Assembly (NCBI RefSeq): GCF_000341395.1 | Contig: NC_020304.1 | Coordinates: forward strand, 1,860,001 to 1,892,000 | DNA: 32,000 nucleotides | Direction of reading: 5' to 3' | Source: Desulfocapsa sulfexigens DSM 10523 | GTDB lineage: Bacteria > Desulfobacterota > Desulfobulbia > Desulfobulbales > Desulfocapsaceae | Shown here: positions 1 to 8,445 of the stretch, in pieces | Layout of the letters: each line of letters begins with the position of its first letter | How positions within the stretch are numbered: the first letter of the stretch is position 1 | Notes under the pieces: model-generated | Told to the model about the DNA's origin: nothing | Seen by the model: only the letters and a program-made list of their open reading frames with translations | Database searches by the model: none | Program-made: the position numbers and the translations under genes

Positions 1-805
1 GAGAGCTTGGCACGCCGCTATCCTCCTCAGATTTAAACTGAGCCCAGTCTGGTAATAGCGTTTTTTTGAACCATGATGAAAGATTGAATCCTGGTGGATC
101 ACCAGCCTCAAGGCGTTTTAACAGTTTTGTGGCTTTAGGTGTAATTGTCGCGTCCGGATAGGTGTTGATAAGATATTGTAGCCGCGTTTGAGCCTCTTTA
201 TATTTTTCAGTTCTGAGATAAAATTCAACGACAAAATATTCATGGTTAACCAGGAATTCATTTGCGGCCCTGATCCTGGCTCTGGCTTCGTTTCTATAGG
301 GGGAGTCAGGGAAGGCGCGAAGAAGTTTTGAGAATTCCCTGATGGCATTTTCTGCGCCATTTGTATCACGATCGATACGGTCTATCTGCTGGTAATGAGA
401 CATGGCGATCTGATACATTACATAGGGAATTGCCTCATTGGTCGGGTGACGCTCTTCAAATTCATGATAGAGCATGAGCGCTTCCTGATAATTTTCCATG
501 TAGTAGTTGCAGTCGGCACCTTTTAACTGGGCAAGCATGGCCTCAGGGCTAAATGGGTAGTAGTCCAGAATTTCATCAAATATTTTTCGTGCCTTGTAAT
601 AGCGTCCGTTTGAGAATTCCTCCATCCCCTCTCCAGCCAGAGTCTGTGCTGAGAGTCGAACATCTTTTTCTTTGCCATCGCCTCCAAAGAGTCCACTGAT
701 CTGGGCACACCCTCCAAGAGAAAGGAGCAGTGTGCTGATAAAAACAATATTCAGCGTGAATCGGACAAACGATAATGGGCGGATAAGTGGGCTGACACAG
801 GGCAT
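1..805 (-). CDS. bamD: Outer membrane protein assembly factor BamD (TPR lipoprotein), 3' end beyond window edge
   Basis: Hand translation of the minus strand from ATG (805-803) stays open to the window edge (805 nt = 268 codons + 1 nt). It is absent from the ORF track because no stop lies in the window. The N-terminus MPCVSPLIRPLSFVRFTLNIVFISTLLLSLGGC carries a lipobox (LGGC). The body matches E. coli BamD blocks by eye (YPFSPEA, HPTNEAIPYVMY, EFSKLLRAFPDSPY, HEYFVVEFYLRTEKY, YPDAT). Confidence 0.75.
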   Translation of the reverse strand, partial: MPCVSPLIRPLSFVRFTLNIVFISTLLLSLGGCAQISGLFGGDGKEKDVRLSAQTLAGEGMEEFSNGRYYKARKIFDEILDYYPFSPEAMLAQLKGADCNYYMENYQEALMLYHEFEERHPTNEAIPYVMYQIAMSHYQQIDRIDRDTNGAENAIREFSKLLRAFPDSPYRNEARARIRAANEFLVNHEYFVVEFYLRTEKYKEAQTRLQYLINTYPDATITPKATKLLKRLEAGDPPGFNLSSWFKKTLLPDWAQFKSEEDSGVPSS

Positions 806-818
806 AATATAATTAAGC

Positions 819-1763
819 TCAGCTGAGATTGGTGAGATAGTGTTCGGCGGCAAGTACTGCAGTAGCACCTTCGCCTGCGGCATTGATTACCTGTCGTACT
901 TCCTTACTGCGAATATCCCCGGCGGCCATGACACCAACTACACTAGTCCGGGTTTCAAGATCCGTTGGGATAAACCCACCGGCATCGGCTTTTAAAACAT
1001 CCAATGGTAACATTTCATTGTTGGGTAACACACCAATAAGAACGAAGACGCCATCAACCTTTACTGTCGATTCTTTTCCGGAATTGTCAAGGAGATGGAG
1101 TTCTTCGACACCTTCAGTTCCGGAAACTCTTGTCACGGTACTGTTCCAGATAAAATTAATCTTCGGATTGTCAAAGGCTTTTTCCTGAAGAATTTTTGTG
1201 GCTCGCAGTTTATCTCGTCGATGGATGAGGGTTACTTTTTTGGCAAATTTAGTGAGATGTGATGCCTCCTGAACGGCGGTGTTTCCACCTCCAATCACGG
1301 CCACGTGCATATTGCGGTAGAAAGGGCCATCACAAGTGGCACAGTAGGAAACGCCTTTCCCGATAAATTCTTTTTCCCCAGGAATGCCGAGAGGACGAGG
1401 ATGAGCACCGGTGCATATGATCAACGTGTCACAGCTTAGCGAAGAACCATCTTCAAGGGCAAGGCGCTTGACTGGTTCAGTGAGATCCATGGAGACTACA
1501 TTGGCGAAAATGGAGTTCAGGTCAAAGCGTTTTGCGTGGACTGTCATTTTCTCTGCCAGATCAAATCCTGAAATACCATCCGGGAAGCCGGGATAATTGT
1601 CGATCCAGTCAGTGAGAAGAATCTGCCCGCCCTCAGCACCTTTCTCAATGAGCAGATGATCCATTCTGGCTCGTGCTGCATAGAGTCCTGCAGTCAGCCC
1701 GGCCGGACCGGCGCCTAAAATGATCAAATTATAATGCGTTTTAGCCATGGAATTCAAAGACAT
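819..1763 (-). CDS. trxB: Thioredoxin-disulfide reductase
   Basis: 314 aa. FAD GxGxxG motif (ILGAGPAGL), redox-active CATC (SYCATCDG), NADPH motif GGGNTA, C-terminal AAGD. An alternative start at M6 (1748) is possible; neither start has a clear RBS. Confidence 0.93.
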   Translation of the reverse strand: MSLNSMAKTHYNLIILGAGPAGLTAGLYAARARMDHLLIEKGAEGGQILLTDWIDNYPGFPDGISGFDLAEKMTVHAKRFDLNSIFANVVSMDLTEPVKRLALEDGSSLSCDTLIICTGAHPRPLGIPGEKEFIGKGVSYCATCDGPFYRNMHVAVIGGGNTAVQEASHLTKFAKKVTLIHRRDKLRATKILQEKAFDNPKINFIWNSTVTRVSGTEGVEELHLLDNSGKESTVKVDGVFVLIGVLPNNEMLPLDVLKADAGGFIPTDLETRTSVVGVMAAGDIRSKEVRQVINAAGEGATAVLAAEHYLTNLS

Positions 1764-1821
1764 TCTGGTAAAAAAGCTGGACAGGCTTCATGCAAAAGAA
1801 CCAGCAGAAAGCCTGTGTTAT

Positions 1822-2148
1822 TTATAAGGCTTTTTCGATAAGCTCAATGAGTTGGGCTTTGCCGACGGCACCAGTTACCTGGTCAACTTTTTCGCCACTC
1901 TTAAAAAGAATTAGAGTTGGAATGGCACGGATTCCAAATTTGCCAGGGGTTTCGGGATTGTCATCAACATTCATTTTCACGATAGTTACCTTTCCCTCAT
2001 ACTCTTCGGCAAGAGCTTCGACAACAGGACCAATAGCCTTACATGGACCGCACCAGGGAGCCCAAAAATCCACAAGACATGGGGTGTCGGAACCTGTTAC
2101 AGATGAAAAATCAGCGTCACTTACATCTTTTACTTTATCACTGGCCAT
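1822..2148 (-). CDS. trxA: Thioredoxin
   Basis: WCGPCK active site in a ~108-aa protein. RBS GGAGA lies 7 nt upstream of the ATG at 2148 (MASDKV...). The track start at 2166 has no RBS. Confidence 0.93.
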   Translation of the reverse strand: MASDKVKDVSDADFSSVTGSDTPCLVDFWAPWCGPCKAIGPVVEALAEEYEGKVTIVKMNVDDNPETPGKFGIRAIPTLILFKSGEKVDQVTGAVGKAQLIELIEKAL

Positions 2149-2559
2149 TGTGTTTCTCCAATACAAGTAGAATTCTTAGTCGTCTTGTCTTTTTGCAAAA
2201 GAAGACAAATGTTAATTTAATGAGTTTATTAGTGTACCCTTTGCCGTTTTTCATGACAAGAAAAATATGAGAACGTAAAGGGTGGTCCATGGGGAATTCC
2301 AGCATACAATGTGTATAAATACTAAAAGGTCAAGGTGGGACGTTGATTAGTGGCTCGTGAGTGTTTGAAAATCTGATTCGAGCCTTACTTTTAGTTCTTT
2401 TTCTTTGCAGAAGAGAAAAAAGTGGTTCGGGTTCCTGTTTCTGTTTTCTTTCGGTTTACCGGGACTACAAGTCATGGTATGTTTTACTTTCTCGTAATAA
2501 ATTGACAGATCGATACCAGGGTAACGGAATGTTAAAATACAAATTAGATGGGAGTTAAA

Positions 2560-3846
2560 ATGAACACAACTGTTTCCGGAAAGATGTTTGAAATGGCCAA
2601 AAAAGTAATCCCTGGTGGAGTGAACAGCCCTGTCAGAGCCTGTCGCTCCGTAGGCTGTGATCCGGTTTTCATTCAAAAAGCCAAGGGCTCAAAGGTATAT
2701 GATGTCGATGGAAATGAGTACATTGATTTTGTCTGCTCATGGGGGCCTATGATCCATGGGCATGCACCTAAGGAAATTGTCGATGCCGTTATAGAAACGG
2801 CAGGAGATTCCACGTCGTTTGGTGCTCCAACCACGAAAGAGATGGCGCTTGCTTCCATGGTAGTTGAGGCAGTTCCCTCACTTGAAAAGGTTCGCTTTGT
2901 AAACTCAGGAACCGAGGCGACTATGAGTGCTGTAAGGCTTGCCAGGGGATATACCGGAAAAGATGTAATTGTAAAGTTTGATGGATGTTACCATGGGCAC
3001 GCCGATTCATTTTTGATTAAAGCCGGTTCTGGCGTTATTACCCTGGGTATCCCGGGAAGCCCGGGAGTGCCAGAGGATATAGTGAAAAACACCATCTCCA
3101 TTCCCTATAATGATGATGAAATTCTTGAGCAGACCCTGCGAGCAAAAGCCGATACTATTGCCTGTGTGATCGTAGAACCTGTTGCTGGGAATATGGGTTG
3201 TGTTGCCCCATCGAAAACATTTCTGCAAAAACTGCGGGATCTCACTGCCGAACTTGGTATTGTTCTTATTTTTGATGAGGTGATAACTGGATTTCGACTG
3301 GCCTATGGTGGTGCGCAGGAGTATTACAATATAATGCCAGATCTCACTTGTCTTGGAAAGATCATTGGTGGCGGTCTGCCGGTCGGGGCATATGGTGGGA
3401 AGGCTGAAATAATGGATATGATTGCGCCTGATGGTCCTGTGTATCAGGCCGGTACGCTTTCGGGGAATCCTTTGGCGATGGCAGCAGGGATTGCCAATCT
3501 TAAACTGCTCCGTCAGAATAATTTCTACAAGGAGTTGAATGAAAAGGCAGAATTTTTTGCAGATGGCCTGAATCGGGCTGCAGAAAGTGCAGGTATTCCT
3601 GTAACATTAAATCGGGTTGGCTCACTTATGACTGGATTTTTCACAGAGAGTCCGGTAACTGATTTCACTTCTGCAATGAAAGCCGATGCCGATCGTTATG
3701 GCGTCCATTACAGGCAGATGTTGTCCAAAGGGATTTATCTTGCTCCATCACAGTTCGAGGTTGCGTTCATATCAGCAGCTCATAGTCAGGAAGACCTTGA
3801 AAAAGGCATTAAAATGACTGAATGGTCATTCAAAAATATGGCTTAA
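2560..3846 (+). CDS. hemL: Glutamate-1-semialdehyde 2,1-aminomutase
   Basis: Full-length class-III aminotransferase with typical HemL blocks (PGGVNSPVRA, SWGPMIHGH, FDEVITGFR, LGKIIGGGLP). GGGAG RBS sits 5 nt before the ATG at 2560. The track start at 2548 overlaps that RBS. Confidence 0.93.
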   Translation: MNTTVSGKMFEMAKKVIPGGVNSPVRACRSVGCDPVFIQKAKGSKVYDVDGNEYIDFVCSWGPMIHGHAPKEIVDAVIETAGDSTSFGAPTTKEMALASMVVEAVPSLEKVRFVNSGTEATMSAVRLARGYTGKDVIVKFDGCYHGHADSFLIKAGSGVITLGIPGSPGVPEDIVKNTISIPYNDDEILEQTLRAKADTIACVIVEPVAGNMGCVAPSKTFLQKLRDLTAELGIVLIFDEVITGFRLAYGGAQEYYNIMPDLTCLGKIIGGGLPVGAYGGKAEIMDMIAPDGPVYQAGTLSGNPLAMAAGIANLKLLRQNNFYKELNEKAEFFADGLNRAAESAGIPVTLNRVGSLMTGFFTESPVTDFTSAMKADADRYGVHYRQMLSKGIYLAPSQFEVAFISAAHSQEDLEKGIKMTEWSFKNMA

Positions 3847-3860
3847 AAACAAAAAATTCG

Positions 3861-3889
3861 TTGACTTTGGCCGATGGGCATGATAACAA
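3861..3889 (+). promoter_or_regulatory. Candidate sigma70 promoter of the atpZ-atpI-atpB-atpE operon
   Basis: TTGACT (3861-3866), 17-nt spacer, then TGaTAACAA (extended -10, hexamer 3884-3889). It lies in the 177-nt gap after hemL. The -10 hexamer is weak (3/6). Confidence 0.35.
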
Positions 3890-4023
3890 ATTTGATCGAT
3901 TGCCACAGAGTTTTTCAGTGCCTTGGAAAATGATTGTTGTTTCGCAAAAGATGGTTTTTTAAAGGCACCTGTCCTGGCTTACTTACTGTTCAGCGGGGCC
4001 GGGGTTGGAAGGTGGTGATAAGG

Positions 4024-4278
4024 ATGGCTAAAAAACTAAGCACCGAGATGGTGGAGCTGCTTGGAAATTACGGGCATATTGGATTTACCTTTGTGGCCGC
4101 AATTTTTATAGGCTTAGGGGGGGGGATCTATCTTGATGAACATTTCTTTGATGGAAAGACGTCACCCTGGTTTACGTTTATTGGCCTGGCTTTTGGGATA
4201 GGTGCTGGATTTAAAAGTTTGTTTGATATTTTACGGACTCCGGCGGCTAAACCAAAAGATGAGGATGCAGAAGGTTGA
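4024..4278 (+). CDS. atpZ: AtpZ/AtpR-like small membrane protein (ATPase_gene1 family)
   Basis: 84 aa from MAKKL with two Gly-rich TM helices (FIGLGGGIYLD, FIGLAFGIGAGF). It sits directly upstream of atpI/atpB. The track ORF start at 3934 is an unsupported 5' extension. Confidence 0.6.
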   Translation: MAKKLSTEMVELLGNYGHIGFTFVAAIFIGLGGGIYLDEHFFDGKTSPWFTFIGLAFGIGAGFKSLFDILRTPAAKPKDEDAEG

Positions 4279-4284
4279 TCGGCT

Positions 4285-4692
4285 GTGCTAGATATTTCTT
4301 TAAAGAAGGTGCAGGCGTTAAGTATAGGATTTCTCGTGGTGCTGACAGGCGGGGCATGGTTGATTATGTCATGGCCCTTTGCACAGTCGGTACTTGTTGG
4401 TGGTGTTATAGCCATTGCAAGTTTTTTTTCGGGACATCGAGACATTGATTCTTTTCTAAAAACTTTTGAACCTCCTAAAGAGGGACAAGAAAAGAAGCAA
4501 AGTGGTAAGTCTGTTTATATTGTTAAATTTTGGCTCCGGTTGGCTTTAATTGCTGTGATTCTACTGTTCTTTATCAGGAGCGGTAAGGCTGATGTGATTG
4601 GGTTGCTTCTGGGGCTATCAACTGTAGTTTTTGCCATTATACTGACAACGCTCAGTGTGGCAGGACACTACTTTTTTAGAAGGAAGGGGTAA
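4285..4692 (+). CDS. atpI: ATP synthase protein I
   Basis: 135-aa hydrophobic protein with a GTG start, lying between the atpZ-like gene and atpB. Its size and position match AtpI. Called mainly from context. Confidence 0.55.
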   Translation: MLDISLKKVQALSIGFLVVLTGGAWLIMSWPFAQSVLVGGVIAIASFFSGHRDIDSFLKTFEPPKEGQEKKQSGKSVYIVKFWLRLALIAVILLFFIRSGKADVIGLLLGLSTVVFAIILTTLSVAGHYFFRRKG

Positions 4693-4703
4693 GAGGGAGA
4701 GTT

Positions 4704-5426
4704 ATGGAACATCCGATACTATTTATTTCACTGATTTTGGAGAAATTAGGACTGCCAATTCCACACGGTCCTATTGGCAATACATTCCTGGAGAAATTAT
4801 GTGAACCGTATATGACGTATACCTGGTTCGTTATGATTTTTCTGGTGGTTGTTGGTAAACTGACTCTCAGTAATATTGAAATGATCCCCGGTAAAGGACA
4901 GAACTTCTGGGAGCTACTCGTTGGAGGAATGTATGACTTCTTCAATGACAACATGGGCACTGAGCTCACCGAGAAACTTTTCCCCATGATTTCGACCTTT
5001 GCACTTTACATCGCAGTAGGTAATCTCATCGGCCTTATCCCCGGCTTTATGTCTCCAACCTCATCAATCAATACTACTCTGGCATTGACGATTATCGTTT
5101 GGGTGACCCATCACATTATTGGACTCCGTGCTCATGGTATTGGGTATATCAAGCATTTCCTTGGACCCATCCCGGTTCTGATTCCATTGATGTTACCCAT
5201 CGAACTTATCAGTAACATTGCCCGGTTGCTTTCACTCTCCATTCGTCTTTTCGGTAACATCATGGCTAAAGAGACTCTCCTTGGAATTCTTTTTATGCTG
5301 GCTGGTGCCTATTTCGCGCCACTGCCAATCATGCTCCTTGGTGTACTGGTTTCCCTGGTTCAGGCCATGGTTTTTGTTCTCCTCACCGTCGTATACTTCG
5401 GTCAGGCTCAAGAGCATGCCCACTGA
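4704..5426 (+). CDS. atpB: F0F1 ATP synthase subunit a
   Basis: 240-aa polytopic protein with the conserved subunit-a Arg region (LSLSIRLFGNIMAKE) and a GGGAGAG RBS. Confidence 0.9.
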   Translation: MEHPILFISLILEKLGLPIPHGPIGNTFLEKLCEPYMTYTWFVMIFLVVVGKLTLSNIEMIPGKGQNFWELLVGGMYDFFNDNMGTELTEKLFPMISTFALYIAVGNLIGLIPGFMSPTSSINTTLALTIIVWVTHHIIGLRAHGIGYIKHFLGPIPVLIPLMLPIELISNIARLLSLSIRLFGNIMAKETLLGILFMLAGAYFAPLPIMLLGVLVSLVQAMVFVLLTVVYFGQAQEHAH

Positions 5427-5516
5427 TAACTCAGGTAACAAAGAAGTAAGTAATATGATTTTTTTATATAGTTAAGAAGAAGGCCAAACAAACAAAAATT
5501 TTTAAGGAGAATTACA

Positions 5517-5771
5517 ATGGAATCAAATGCTTTGATGCTCGGACTTATCTGTATTGGTGCTGGACTTTCAATCGGACTTGCTGGACTTGGTGCCGGTATT
5601 GGTATTGGTAATGTTGGACAGGGTGCCACCATGGGTCTTGCTCGTAACCCAGAAGTACAGCCTAAATTGATGGTTTTCATGATCCTTGGTATGGCTCTCG
5701 CTGAGTCCTGTGCTATTTATGGACTGGTTGTTTCCCTGATCCTTCTTTATGCAAATCCTTTGATTGGCTAA
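5517..5771 (+). CDS. atpE: F0F1 ATP synthase subunit c
   Basis: 84-aa hairpin proteolipid with GxGxGxG helix 1, RNPE loop, carboxylate in LAESCAIYGL, and YANP tail. AAGGAG RBS. Confidence 0.93.
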   Translation: MESNALMLGLICIGAGLSIGLAGLGAGIGIGNVGQGATMGLARNPEVQPKLMVFMILGMALAESCAIYGLVVSLILLYANPLIG

Positions 5772-5831
5772 TTGGGTTTCAGTTTGATCTGTTCGGCGGC
5801 GCAAGCTGTGACGAACAAATCATTGAGTTTT

Positions 5832-5862
5832 AAAAGGCTGCAGAGTAATCTGCAGCCTTTTT
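5832..5862 (+). terminator. Rho-independent terminator after atpE
   Basis: Stem AAAAGGCTGCAG / CTGCAGCCTTTT with loop AGTAAT, followed by a T-run (CCTTTTTG). Confidence 0.8.
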
Positions 5863-5898
5863 GCGTTTAATGATGTGTGAAGTACTTAAAAGGGGACC

Positions 5899-6627
5899 AT
5901 GGAAGACGATATTATCATTCACCCAAGTCGTGCAGTCCGAGAAAAAACTATTCCGCGATGCGGCCTTCTCTTTGTTAATCCGACCGAGGCAAGGGTTGCA
6001 CTCCAGACACTTATTGACAGGGGAGGAGATCAGCGCTTTTTGTTCCATTCGGGATTGGTTGTGAGTCCTGATAATGATTTTTTTGTGGCAGGACCGGCTG
6101 TCGGGGCACCAATGGCTGTGATGGTTCTTGAGAAGCTTATAGCGCTCGGGGCCTGTAAGGTAGTCATGGCTGGCTGGTGTGGTGCGCTCAGGCCCGATAT
6201 GTGTGTAGGTGACACGGTTCTTGGAGGTGCCGCCTATTCGGGAGAGGGTACATCGCAATATTACACAAATGACAATGTTTCTGATCCATCGCAAAGGTAT
6301 ATTACTACAATGAAGTCAGTTTTTGATCTCAGGGATACTGTATCCTTCTGGTCCACCGACGCACCTTATAGAGAGTCCAAAAAGATGCTTCAGCAGTTGG
6401 CTCAAAAATTTAATGTTGGAGCTGTGGATATGGAATACTCCGCATTATGTGCGGTCGCGAATTTCAGAAAGATCGATTTTGCCTCTTTGTTTCTTGTCTC
6501 CGATGAACTGTGGCAGGACGATTGGCGGCCAGGGTTTGGAGGAAAGGTTTTTAAAAGAAAAAGTAAAGCACAAATCAAGCAACTTCTAAATGTAATTGTT
6601 GCAATATCAGGCTTTAAGGAGGCCTGA
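5899..6627 (+). CDS. Nucleoside phosphorylase family protein (PNP/UDP family 1, DeoD/Udp-like)
   Basis: AGPAVGAPMAVMVLEKLIALGACKVVMAGWCGAL aligns by eye with the DeoD block GMGIPS...ELI..GVK.IIRVGSCGA. VDMEYSAL matches the (V/E)EME motif. Substrate is unknown. Confidence 0.6.
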   Translation: MEDDIIIHPSRAVREKTIPRCGLLFVNPTEARVALQTLIDRGGDQRFLFHSGLVVSPDNDFFVAGPAVGAPMAVMVLEKLIALGACKVVMAGWCGALRPDMCVGDTVLGGAAYSGEGTSQYYTNDNVSDPSQRYITTMKSVFDLRDTVSFWSTDAPYRESKKMLQQLAQKFNVGAVDMEYSALCAVANFRKIDFASLFLVSDELWQDDWRPGFGGKVFKRKSKAQIKQLLNVIVAISGFKEA

Positions 6628-6629
6628 TT

Positions 6630-7967
6630 ATGGCGACTTTTCATCTAGTAAGTCTTGGGTGTGCAAAAAATCTTGTAGATTCTGAAGTGATGCTTGGAAT
6701 CCTGCATGAAGCCGGATGGGAACTTTCCGAAGACCCCTCTGCTGCTGAAGTTCTTATTGTTAATACCTGTGGGTTTATTCAGCCAGCAGTTGAAGAAGCT
6801 CTGGAGGTAATACTCGAGCTGGCTCAATACAAAGAAAAAGATAAAAATAAATTTCTGGTTGTGACGGGTTGTCTTGTACAGCGCTATCTTACAGGTCTCA
6901 GCAAGGATATGCCTGAAATTGATCTTTTAGTGGGTACTGAAGGTGTTGGAGAGATTGCTCACCTCCTGCAGAAATTATTGGTCGGTGAGCAGACAGAGAG
7001 ATCTTACTGTCCCGATCGTTTTCTAATGAACTCCAATCTGCCGCGCATCCTATCCACTCCTTTTTTTAGAAGTTCTGTTAAAATTACTGAGGGTTGCAGT
7101 AATCGCTGCACCTATTGCATGATTCCTTCGATAAGAGGTGATCTTCGTTCCAGGAACATTCCTGATATTATAGCAGAGCTTAAACATCTAGAGGCTGGTG
7201 GTGTTAAGGAGATTTCACTGATTGCTCAGGATCTGACTGCCTATGGCAACGACCTTGAGGCCAAGAGCAATCTTATCAGTCTGTTGACAGCTATCCTCCA
7301 AGAAACCAATATTCCATGGTTGCGTCTGATGTATCTTTATCCATCAGGGGTAACTGAAGAACTGTTTGAGCTGATGCGAACAGAGAAAAGAATTTTGCCT
7401 TATATGGATATCCCTTTTCAACATGTGTCAGATCCGATTCTGAAAAATATGCATCGTCGTTACGGCTACGATGATCTTTGCAAATTCGTTGAAGGGATAC
7501 GAAATTCGGTCCCAGATATTGCTCTTCGAACAACGATGATGGTAGGTTTTCCAGGAGAAACTGAACGTGATATCAGGAAAATGGAACAATTTTTAGAAAA
7601 GTATGAAATCGACCATGTAGGAGTCTTTTCTTATACTAATGAAGAGGGCGCACGGTCTGAATTTTTCAAAGATCAGGTTGCTGAAGATGTTAAACTGGAA
7701 AGGATGGAACGGATCCTCGCATTGCAGGCTGGGATTTCAGAAGAGATACTGAAGAAATACATTGGTAAGATAGTTCCAGTGCTTGTGGAGGGACTTAGCC
7801 AGGAGACAGATCTTCTTCTTGAGGGGCGAATGGTTTACCAGGCCCCTGATATAGATGGGATAGTGTATATCAATGATGGTATTGCAAACCCCGGTGATAT
7901 CGTAAAAGTACGTATCACCGAAGCGCAAATATATGATCTGGTAGGGGGGATTGTTCAGGAGGGATGA
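6630..7967 (+). CDS. rimO: Ribosomal protein S12 methylthiotransferase
   Basis: N-terminal MTTase domain (LVSLGCAKNLVDSE), radical-SAM CSNRCTYC, and a C-terminal TRAM-like domain. 445 aa. Confidence 0.88.
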   Translation: MATFHLVSLGCAKNLVDSEVMLGILHEAGWELSEDPSAAEVLIVNTCGFIQPAVEEALEVILELAQYKEKDKNKFLVVTGCLVQRYLTGLSKDMPEIDLLVGTEGVGEIAHLLQKLLVGEQTERSYCPDRFLMNSNLPRILSTPFFRSSVKITEGCSNRCTYCMIPSIRGDLRSRNIPDIIAELKHLEAGGVKEISLIAQDLTAYGNDLEAKSNLISLLTAILQETNIPWLRLMYLYPSGVTEELFELMRTEKRILPYMDIPFQHVSDPILKNMHRRYGYDDLCKFVEGIRNSVPDIALRTTMMVGFPGETERDIRKMEQFLEKYEIDHVGVFSYTNEEGARSEFFKDQVAEDVKLERMERILALQAGISEEILKKYIGKIVPVLVEGLSQETDLLLEGRMVYQAPDIDGIVYINDGIANPGDIVKVRITEAQIYDLVGGIVQEG

Positions 7968-7977
7968 GGCAAAAAAA

Positions 7978-8259
7978 CTATTTGCCCGTGTTTACCTGTT
8001 CACGTAGATCCTTCCCGACTTTGAAGAAAGGGAGTTTTTTTGGTTTGACTTTGATTTTCTCGCCAGTCTTCGGATTGCGACCTTCGTAGGAGCCGTAGTT
8101 TTTAATGACAAAGCTTCCAAAACCTCTGATTTCAATACTGTCTCCCTTAGCCAGTGCCTCGGTCATGGTTTCGATAATGGTGTTGGTAATTGCCGCAGCT
8201 TCCCTGTGTGGCAGGTCAATGTCCTGGGACAACGCTTCAATTAACTCAGATTTGTTCAT
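7978..8259 (-). CDS. ihfB: Integration host factor beta subunit / HU-family DNA-binding protein
   Basis: 93 aa. MNKSELIE..., IEIRGFGSF, GRNPKTGEKI and FKVGKDLR match E. coli IHF-beta blocks. AGGAG RBS. Confidence 0.75.
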   Translation of the reverse strand: MNKSELIEALSQDIDLPHREAAAITNTIIETMTEALAKGDSIEIRGFGSFVIKNYGSYEGRNPKTGEKIKVKPKKLPFFKVGKDLREQVNTGK

Positions 8260-8445
8260 GCCTGACTCCTGTGCATTCAGAGCGAATACTGCAGTTCTTG
8301 CCGTATTCTAATAAAATAAAAAAATTAATAAGAATAAACTGTCATCGATATCTTTGTGAAAAAAAGATAGTCGGGGAAAATCTTTTGCACCCGTTTGGGT
8401 AGTATAGCTATATATCTTACCAGATAACTATCCAAATTTAATCAG

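Noticed and set aside
2502-2538. TTGACA (2502-2507) and TAAAAT (2533-2538) as the hemL promoter.
   Set aside because: The spacer is 25 nt, far from the 16-19 nt optimum, so the two hexamers cannot be one sigma70 promoter. I could not find a better-spaced partner.
2347-2676. 109-aa minus-strand ORF and 65-aa plus-strand ORF in the trxA-hemL divergent region.
   Set aside because: The minus-strand ORF overlaps the hemL start. Both translations are low-complexity with no RBS. The region is better explained as divergent promoter DNA.
3934-4023. 30-codon 5' extension of the atpZ-like ORF.
   Set aside because: The extension is basic and non-membrane, and lies in the likely 5' UTR. The family-typical protein begins at MAKKL (4024).
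5517-5771. Possible Na+-binding signature in ATP synthase subunit c (Gln in GQG, then AES...Y, as in Ilyobacter tartaricus Q32/E65/S66/Y70).
   Set aside because: Counting from the conserved loop Arg, the carboxylate is at +20 as expected. The residue at -13 (the Q32-equivalent) is Ile, as in H+-coupled E. coli c. The Gln sits at -8, and T67 is replaced by Cys. The ligand set is incomplete, so I do not claim Na+ coupling.
5830-6294. 154-aa minus-strand ORF overlapping the atpE terminator and the phosphorylase gene.
   Set aside because: It is antisense to a gene with DeoD-like blocks, spans a terminator hairpin, and has a Cys/Arg/His-rich translation with no motifs.
7968-7986. GGCAAA-N7-TTTGCC hairpin between convergent rimO and ihfB as a bidirectional terminator.
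   Set aside because: The stem is only 6 bp and half A/T. It overlaps the ihfB stop codon, and no proper U-tract follows on either strand.
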